A DNA stretch of 64,000 nt. Source: Stegostoma tigrinum. Taxonomy: Eukaryota. The stretch spans positions 11,821,048-11,885,047 of the forward strand of contig NC_081389.1 of assembly GCF_030684315.1 (NCBI RefSeq). The letters run 5' to 3'. Position numbers and translations under genes: made by a program. Numbering within the stretch: position 1 is the first letter of the stretch; each line of letters begins with the position of its first letter. Below the pieces are notes generated by a model that worked only from the letters and a program-made list of their open reading frames with translations, was not told the origin of the DNA and ran no database searches. Shown in pieces: positions 63,360 through 64,000 of this stretch.

Positions 63360-64000
63360 CTCCATAGTCAGACCCTTCAGCCCAACCAGTCCATGCTGAC
63401 CATAATCCTAAACTAATACTACCTGCCTGTGCTTAGCCCATATCCCTCGAAACATTTCTTATTCATGTACTTACCTAAATATCTTTTAAACGTTGCCACT
63501 ACCTGCATCCACTACTTTTAGAAGCTTATCCCACACACAAACCACCCTCTGGCGCGCGGGGGGTGGTGGTGGGGGGGGGGGGGGGGGGGGGTGCAGGCGG
63601 GCAGTGGTCGCCCTTCATGCCTTTTATAAATCTTTCTGCTCTCACCTTTAAAACTATGCCTTCTAGTTTTGAAATCTCTCAAAAAAAACAAAACACAAAT
63701 TTCTGGAAAAGCTCAGCAGGTCTATCAGCATCTGTGAAGGGAAAAGTACAGTTAATGTTTCGGGTCTGGTGACCCTTCCTCAGAACTCAGAACCGGACCT
63801 GAACCATTAACTGTTCTTTTTTTTCTTCACAGATGCTGCCAGATCTGCTGACCTTTTCCAGCAATTTCTGTTTTGCTTCCTGATTTACGGCATCCACAGT
63901 TCTTTCATTTTTTTATTTGAAATCCGTCGCCCCAGGCACCTACCATTCACCCTATCTATGACCCTCTTGATTTTATAATCCTCTATAAAGTCTCCTCTCA
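63360..64000 (-). mobile_element. CR1 LINE 3' end, interrupted by a G-run and a hairpin element
   Basis: cagacccttcagcccaaccagtccatgc..ttcaccctatctatgaccctcttgattttataa. Confidence 0.75.
63677..63915. mobile_element. Palindromic Penelope-derived mini-element
   Basis: ctggaaaagctcagcaggtct..cacagatgctgccagatctgctgaccttttccag; flanked by tttgaaatc on both sides (63668-76 and 63916-24). Confidence 0.8.

Overview
Repeat-dense vertebrate genomic DNA. Abundant HE1-type V-SINEs, CR1/L2 LINE remnants and Penelope-derived elements point to a cartilaginous fish (shark); this is an inference. Two protein-coding entities are supported. The first is two + strand exons (IgV 36584-36925, IgC 38895-39191) of the B7-family gene CD276/B7-H3; its leader, TM and cytoplasmic exons were not identified. 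The second is a full-length, apparently intact R2 non-LTR retrotransposon (about 30861-34504; 1104-aa ORF with 2 CCHH zinc fingers, Myb, RT, CCHC knuckle and restriction-like endonuclease). R2 normally sits in 28S rDNA, but this copy splits a decayed Penelope RT about 2 kb upstream of the CD276 IgV exon. It begins with 18 nt of 28S rRNA (GGCGGGAGTAACTATGAC) that complete a fully foldable HDV-like ribozyme, and it is followed by TAGC, the tetranucleotide just 3' of the canonical 28S insertion site. The window also holds many short palindromic Penelope-derived elements carrying minimal hammerhead-ribozyme cores, some with target-site duplications. Nearly all other ORFs in the track are spurious or are transposon debris. 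Repeat boundaries were judged by eye and are approximate.
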